Shown here one piece after another: positions 59,405 to 64,000 of a stretch of DNA of 64,000 nucleotides. A program made the position numbers and the translations under genes. A model generated the notes under the pieces. The model did not search any database. It saw only the letters and a program-made list of their open reading frames with translations, and was not told the origin of the DNA. This DNA is from Candidatus Multivoradales bacterium (GTDB lineage: Bacteria > Acidobacteriota > Thermoanaerobaculia > Multivoradales > J023), in contig CBDFLE010000005.1 in the NCBI GenBank assembly GCA_965248925.1, positions 448,001 to 512,000 on the forward strand, given 5' to 3'. Numbering within the stretch: position 1 is the first letter of the stretch; each line of letters begins with the position of its first letter.

Positions 59405-59680
59405 TCAGCTGGCTGCAGGGAGGACCCGGAGTCCGAGTTCGGCAGCGCAGTTCCGGACTTGCTGGTCGAGGGTCGGGAGGTAGGTTTCGGGGTTCGTTGT
59501 CGCGGTGTGAAGAACGCTGCGAGGTGGAGGGCGTCGAGCGAGCGGATCGGCGGTCCTGGAAACGACTGCCGCGCCCGTTCGACAATCGGGTCGCTGAAGG
59601 GGAGCAGAATCCAGCTCTCGGCCAACCGCCCGAGTTCAGTGCAAAGATCGGCGAAGCAGTGCGGCGATAGATCACCGAGG
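59405..59680 (-). pseudogene. VapC/PIN toxin remnant
   Basis: ERARQSFPGPPIRSLDALHLA, then a frameshifted LDQQVRNCAAELGLRVLP*; N-terminus missing. Confidence 0.7.
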
Positions 59681-59694
59681 CTGTGGGCGCGGTG

Positions 59695-59820
59695 GAAGGC
59701 GCGCTCAAATCGGCTACAACCTTGCCGTGGGAAGAGACTCGGATCCTTGCACCGGCTCGGACACGGCGAATGTACTCACTGAAGTGGCTCTTCAGCTTGC
59801 GAATGCCGACGGTGTCCTTC
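59695..59820 (-). pseudogene. Phd/YefM antitoxin remnant
   Basis: TVGIRKLKSHFSEYIRRVRAGARIRVSSHGKVVADL; no in-frame start; C-terminus lost. Confidence 0.7.
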
Positions 59821-59855
59821 GGCTCAAGTGCAACCTCATGTAGTCACGAAGTCAA

Positions 59856-62800
59856 TTACTGCGGGTGCGGCGGCAGGCGCGGTGCCTGGTGAGTGGCCGG
59901 CGAAGGCGTGACCGAGAGCAAGTTGCCCTGACTTCTTTCAAAAAGATCTCTATTTTTCCTCGAGCGGCGGACCGAGTTCCTGCTTGAGGACGGTGACCTA
60001 TTGGCCGCAGTCCAGGCCTGCGATGCGAAATGATCTGTCGGTCCTGCTTCACTCTCCGAGTCGTGAGCTGCGAACCAGCCGTAGATCGCCGGCAGCACCA
60101 GCAGGGTCAGCAGGGTCGAAGTCACCAGGCCGCCGATCACTACGGTGGCCAGCGGTCGTTGCACTTCGGCGCCAGCACTGGTGGCCAGAGCCATGGGGAT
60201 GAAGCCGAAGGAAGCGACCATCGCCGTCATCAGTACCGGTCGCAAGCGGGTCAAGGCGCCTTGCCGTGCTGCCTCATCGGCGCTAAGGCCATGATTGCGT
60301 TTCTCGACCACGTAGGAAATCAGCACCACGCCATTTAGGACGGCGACACCGAAGAGGGCGATAAAGCCGACTCCGGCCGAGATCGAGAAGGGGTAGCCAC
60401 GCAGCAGGAGCGCGACCAATCCGCCGCTGATCGCCAGCGGAACGTTGAAGAAAATCAGGGTGGCCAGTCGGGCCGAGCCGAAAGTGGTGTAGAGCAGCAC
60501 GAAGATCAGCACAAGGGCCAGAGGAACCAGCAAGGCTAGCCGCGCCGAGGCTGCTTGCAAGTTTTCGAACTGTCCACCCCATTCTATCGTCCACCCCGGT
60601 GGCACCTCGACTTGCCGCTCCACTGCTGCTTGCGCTGCCGCCGCGAAGGAAGCAAGGTCGCGTCCGCGAACGTTCGCCTCGACATTGATCCGCCGGCTGA
60701 TGCGATCGCGGCTGATCTGCGCCGGACCATCCTCGATGCGAATATCAGTGAGCTGGGCTAGGGGGATCAGCCGTTGAGGAGAGCCCGGCGCAGCTGGGGC
60801 GGCGACTCGCAGGGTGCGGAGACGATCCAGGTCGGCTAGCACCTCGGGGCTGAAGCGGACTTGCAAGACGAAGCGTTTTTGACCCTCCAGCACGACGCCG
60901 AGCTGCTTGCCGCCGAGGGTCTCCACCACGTCGAGCACGTCCGCGGCGTTGATGCCATGGCGGGCGATGGCTTGGCGGTCGACTCGGATCCGCAACATCG
61001 GTAAGCCCAGGGTCTGCTCTGCTTTGACGTCGGCGGCTCCGGGAATCTCTTGCAGCACCCGCGCCACGGCATCGGCTTTCTCTTTCAACAGCGCCAGATC
61101 GTCGCCGTAGATGTGGACGGCGATGTCGGAACGAACTCCTGAGATGAGTTCGGAGACGCGCAGCTCGATGGGCTGGGAGTAACTGAAGATGGCGCCGGTG
61201 ACGTTCTTTTGTAGGGCTTGGTCGATGGCTTCGATCAGCGCCTCTTTGGTGTCGTAGCGCCAGGTTTCTCGGGGTGCCAGCATCAGGTAGGTGTCGCTGA
61301 TCTCCACGCCCATGGGGTCGGTGGCGATCTCCGCCCGCCCGGTGCGCGAGATTACCGTCTCGATCTCGGGAAATTGCTCTTTCAAGACCTTTTCAGCCAC
61401 CGTTGAGATCTCATTCGACTGCTCGAGAGAAATCGATGGCAGGCGCCAGATCTGCACTGCGATAGCCCCTTCGTCGAGGCGCGGAATGAACTCCGCGCCA
61501 AGGAAAGGGGCAATAGCCAGGCTGGCCAAGAACAACCCCACGGCAACGCCGACGGTGACTTTCTTGTGCCGCATGGAGTGGCCCAGCAGCGGCAGGTAGA
61601 GACGCTTGGCAAGGCGGAAGAGGAAGGCCTCTTCTTCCGCCACCCGCTGTAGCAGCAAGCTTGCCAGCACCGGCATCAAGGTCAGGGCGCAGACCAGCGA
61701 CGCCGCCAGGGCGAAGACCACGGTCATTGCCATCGGCCCGAACATCTTGCCCTCGATGCCGCGCAGCGCCAGGATCGGCAGATAGACGATCATGATGATG
61801 CCGACCGCGAAAACCACCGGCCTGGCGACTTGATGGGCCGCTTGGCGAACTTTTTCGCGATGCGGTGTGCGGTGATCTTGGCGGCGTTCGCGCAACACTC
61901 GGGAGATGTTCTCGATCATCACCACCGAGCCATCGACGATCAGGCCAAAGTCGATCGCCCCCAAGCTCATCAGATTGCCGGAAATGCCGGCCTGACGCAT
62001 GGCGATGAAGGCCGCCAGCATCGACAGCGGGATGGCCAAGGAGACGATCAATCCGCCTCGCAGACTGCCCAGCAAGAGGAGCAAGACTAGGATCACCAAA
62101 AGGCCGCCTTCGCCGAGGTTTTTGGCCACCGTCTTGATCGTCCGCCGCACCAGCTCGGTGCGGTCGTAGAAGGGGTCGATGCTAACGCCGACCGGTAGGG
62201 TCTTCTCAAGCTGGGCGATCTTCTCCTTCACCTGATCGACCACCACCCGCGAGTTCTCACCGATCAGCATCATGACGACACCGACCACCGCCTCGCCGCG
62301 GCCGTCTCGGGTCACGGCTCCTTGGCGGATCATCGGCGCCAGCTCGGCGCGACCGACATCGCGCACGAACACCGGTGTGCCCTTCTCGTCCTGGGCCAAG
62401 ACCACGGATTCGAGGTCTTCTAGGGTCTCTATCAAACCCTCGCCGCGGATCAGGTATTGCTCGCCACCGTGGGAGATATAGCCGCCGCCGACATTGCGAT
62501 TGTTGGCTTCGATGGCCGAGAAGACGTCCCCGACCGCCAAGCCATAGGACACTAAGCGATCCGGATCAAGGGTTATCTGATAGGTCTTCAGCTGGCCGCC
62601 GAAGGAATTTACTTCAACGATGCCGGGTACCGAGCGCAGCTGGTAGTTGACAAACCAATCGAGGATGGTGCGGAGCTGCATCGGGGTGTAGCAGTCGTCG
62701 GCCGGCGGCACGCCAGCCTGGACCACGTCGCCGGGCTGGGTAGGGGCGCACATGGTCTCACCTCGGACCTCGAATTGATAGATCTCGCCAAGACCAGTGG

Positions 62801-63200
62801 AGATGGGGCCCATTTCGGGCTTGCCATATCCGGCGGGGATCTGCTCGCGGGCGGCGGTCAAGCGCTCAGCCACGAGCTGGCGGGCCCAGTAGATGTCGGT
62901 GCCTTCGTCGAAGACCACCGTCACCACCGACAGACCGAATTTCGACACCGAGCGAATCTCCTCGATCTTGGGTAGTCCGCTCATCGTGGTCTCGACCGGA
63001 AAGGAGATGAAGCGCTCGACTTCCTCCGGCGCTAGGCCCGGACTGTTGGTCAGCACCTGCACTTGGACGTTAGTGACGTCTGGCACCGCGTCGATAGGCA
63101 GCCTGATGAGGGAATGTACGCCCAAAGCTGCTACCAGCAACCACAGAACCAAGACTAGAAAGCGGTTGTCGAGCGAGAAGTCGATCAGCTTGTTGATCAT
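59856..63200 (-). CDS. czcA: CzcA-family heavy-metal RND permease
   Basis: IDAVPDVTNVQVQV, GPISTGLGEI, GAIDFGLIVDG, SQPIELR, GAEVQRPLATVVIGG. Confidence 0.93.
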   Translation of the reverse strand: MINKLIDFSLDNRFLVLVLWLLVAALGVHSLIRLPIDAVPDVTNVQVQVLTNSPGLAPEEVERFISFPVETTMSGLPKIEEIRSVSKFGLSVVTVVFDEGTDIYWARQLVAERLTAAREQIPAGYGKPEMGPISTGLGEIYQFEVRGETMCAPTQPGDVVQAGVPPADDCYTPMQLRTILDWFVNYQLRSVPGIVEVNSFGGQLKTYQITLDPDRLVSYGLAVGDVFSAIEANNRNVGGGYISHGGEQYLIRGEGLIETLEDLESVVLAQDEKGTPVFVRDVGRAELAPMIRQGAVTRDGRGEAVVGVVMMLIGENSRVVVDQVKEKIAQLEKTLPVGVSIDPFYDRTELVRRTIKTVAKNLGEGGLLVILVLLLLLGSLRGGLIVSLAIPLSMLAAFIAMRQAGISGNLMSLGAIDFGLIVDGSVVMIENISRVLRERRQDHRTPHREKVRQAAHQVARPVVFAVGIIMIVYLPILALRGIEGKMFGPMAMTVVFALAASLVCALTLMPVLASLLLQRVAEEEAFLFRLAKRLYLPLLGHSMRHKKVTVGVAVGLFLASLAIAPFLGAEFIPRLDEGAIAVQIWRLPSISLEQSNEISTVAEKVLKEQFPEIETVISRTGRAEIATDPMGVEISDTYLMLAPRETWRYDTKEALIEAIDQALQKNVTGAIFSYSQPIELRVSELISGVRSDIAVHIYGDDLALLKEKADAVARVLQEIPGAADVKAEQTLGLPMLRIRVDRQAIARHGINAADVLDVVETLGGKQLGVVLEGQKRFVLQVRFSPEVLADLDRLRTLRVAAPAAPGSPQRLIPLAQLTDIRIEDGPAQISRDRISRRINVEANVRGRDLASFAAAAQAAVERQVEVPPGWTIEWGGQFENLQAASARLALLVPLALVLIFVLLYTTFGSARLATLIFFNVPLAISGGLVALLLRGYPFSISAGVGFIALFGVAVLNGVVLISYVVEKRNHGLSADEAARQGALTRLRPVLMTAMVASFGFIPMALATSAGAEVQRPLATVVIGGLVTSTLLTLLVLPAIYGWFAAHDSESEAGPTDHFASQAWTAANRSPSSSRNSVRRSRKNRDLFERSQGNLLSVTPSPATHQAPRLPPHPQ

Positions 63201-63212
63201 AGTTGCCGCTCC

Positions 63213-64000
63213 CTAGTGGTCGTGACCGCCGACCAAGGACTCCTTGGCCGCCGCGGATTTGAGCAAGAACGCACCTTCGACCACCACCGAGTCACCTTTC
63301 TGGACCCCGGTTTCGGTGGCCCCCGGCAAGATCTCGACAAAGCCTCCTGCGTGACGGCCAGTCCGAATCTGGCGCTTCTCGAAACGGTGCTCCGCAATGG
63401 CGACGAAGACGAAGAATTGGTTGCCGGCTCGCACCACCGCGCTCTCCGGCAGCGCCAGGCTAGCGGCCCGTAGCCCACTGCCATTGCCCGCGTGGGGGTC
63501 GATGAGATCGACCTCGACGAACATTCCGGGGCGCAGCTTGCCCGCCGGGTTGCTGACCTCCAGGCGGGCTCGAACGGTGCGGGTGTCAGTGTCGACTTGG
63601 GCGCTGAGATAGGAGACCTTGCCGGCGAAGACTTCATTCGGAAAAGCATCGACCCGTGCCCGCGCGTGGTCGTCCACATGCACTCCACCAAGATCTCGTT
63701 GATAAATATCGATCCAGATCCACACCCGGCTGAGATCGGCGAGGGTGAAAAGATTGCGCTCCGGGGTTACCAATTCGCCGATGGTGGCGTGGCGTTCGAC
63801 GATGGTGCCGGCGAAGGGTGCTCGCAGCGGGTAGATCGACGCCTCGCGATCGTCGTATGTCAAAGCGTCTACCTGCTGTTGGCTGAGGCCGTAGAGATGC
63901 AGCGTCTCTTCGGTGGTGCGCAGTCCAGCGGTCGCTTCTCGCAGCTTTGCTTCGGCCTCCAGCATGCTCTGTTCGGAGGCGATGCGGTCGACGAACAAGC
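63213..64000 (-). CDS. czcB: CzcB-like RND periplasmic adaptor (5' end outside the window)
   Basis: LRAPFAGTIVER, ADLSRVW, TRTVRAR, LRPGMF, C-terminal GHDH. Confidence 0.88.
   Translation of the reverse strand, partial: LFVDRIASEQSMLEAEAKLREATAGLRTTEETLHLYGLSQQQVDALTYDDREASIYPLRAPFAGTIVERHATIGELVTPERNLFTLADLSRVWIWIDIYQRDLGGVHVDDHARARVDAFPNEVFAGKVSYLSAQVDTDTRTVRARLEVSNPAGKLRPGMFVEVDLIDPHAGNGSGLRAASLALPESAVVRAGNQFFVFVAIAEHRFEKRQIRTGRHAGGFVEILPGATETGVQKGDSVVVEGAFLLKSAAAKESLVGGHDH

Overview
GC-rich bacterial chromosomal window. Gene content and order suggest Acidobacteriota, but that is a weak inference. Housekeeping blocks: trxB with an AAA+/VWA pair; hemE-hemY; spoVG-prs-rplY-pth-hppA-rpsF-rpsR-rplI. 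Accessory region at about 8.7-26.2 kb: a Uma2 nuclease; a Rad50/RloC-like ATPase split by an intact IS4 (21-bp IRs, 9-bp TSD); a FecR + CHASE2-TIR transmembrane receptor operon; a cytoplasmic S8 subtilase paired with an alpha/beta-hydrolase whose acidic insert is bracketed by two VGGG motifs; and a nested IS1380/ISL3/IS256/IS1182 cluster. Also present: an operon of a catalytically dead FHA-sigma54-type regulator with a giant histidine kinase, a decayed IS21, and a heavy-metal island with convergent CusCBA-like and CzcBA-like RND systems. The cus operon is preceded by a Cys-rich leader ORF whose stop codon begins a hairpin that buries the cusC ribosome-binding site. Best candidates for undescribed systems: the S8/hydrolase zymogen pair, the CHASE2-TIR receptor, and the metal-sensing leader. 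No tRNA, rRNA or CRISPR array was seen. All family calls come from motif recognition by eye; no database searches were run.
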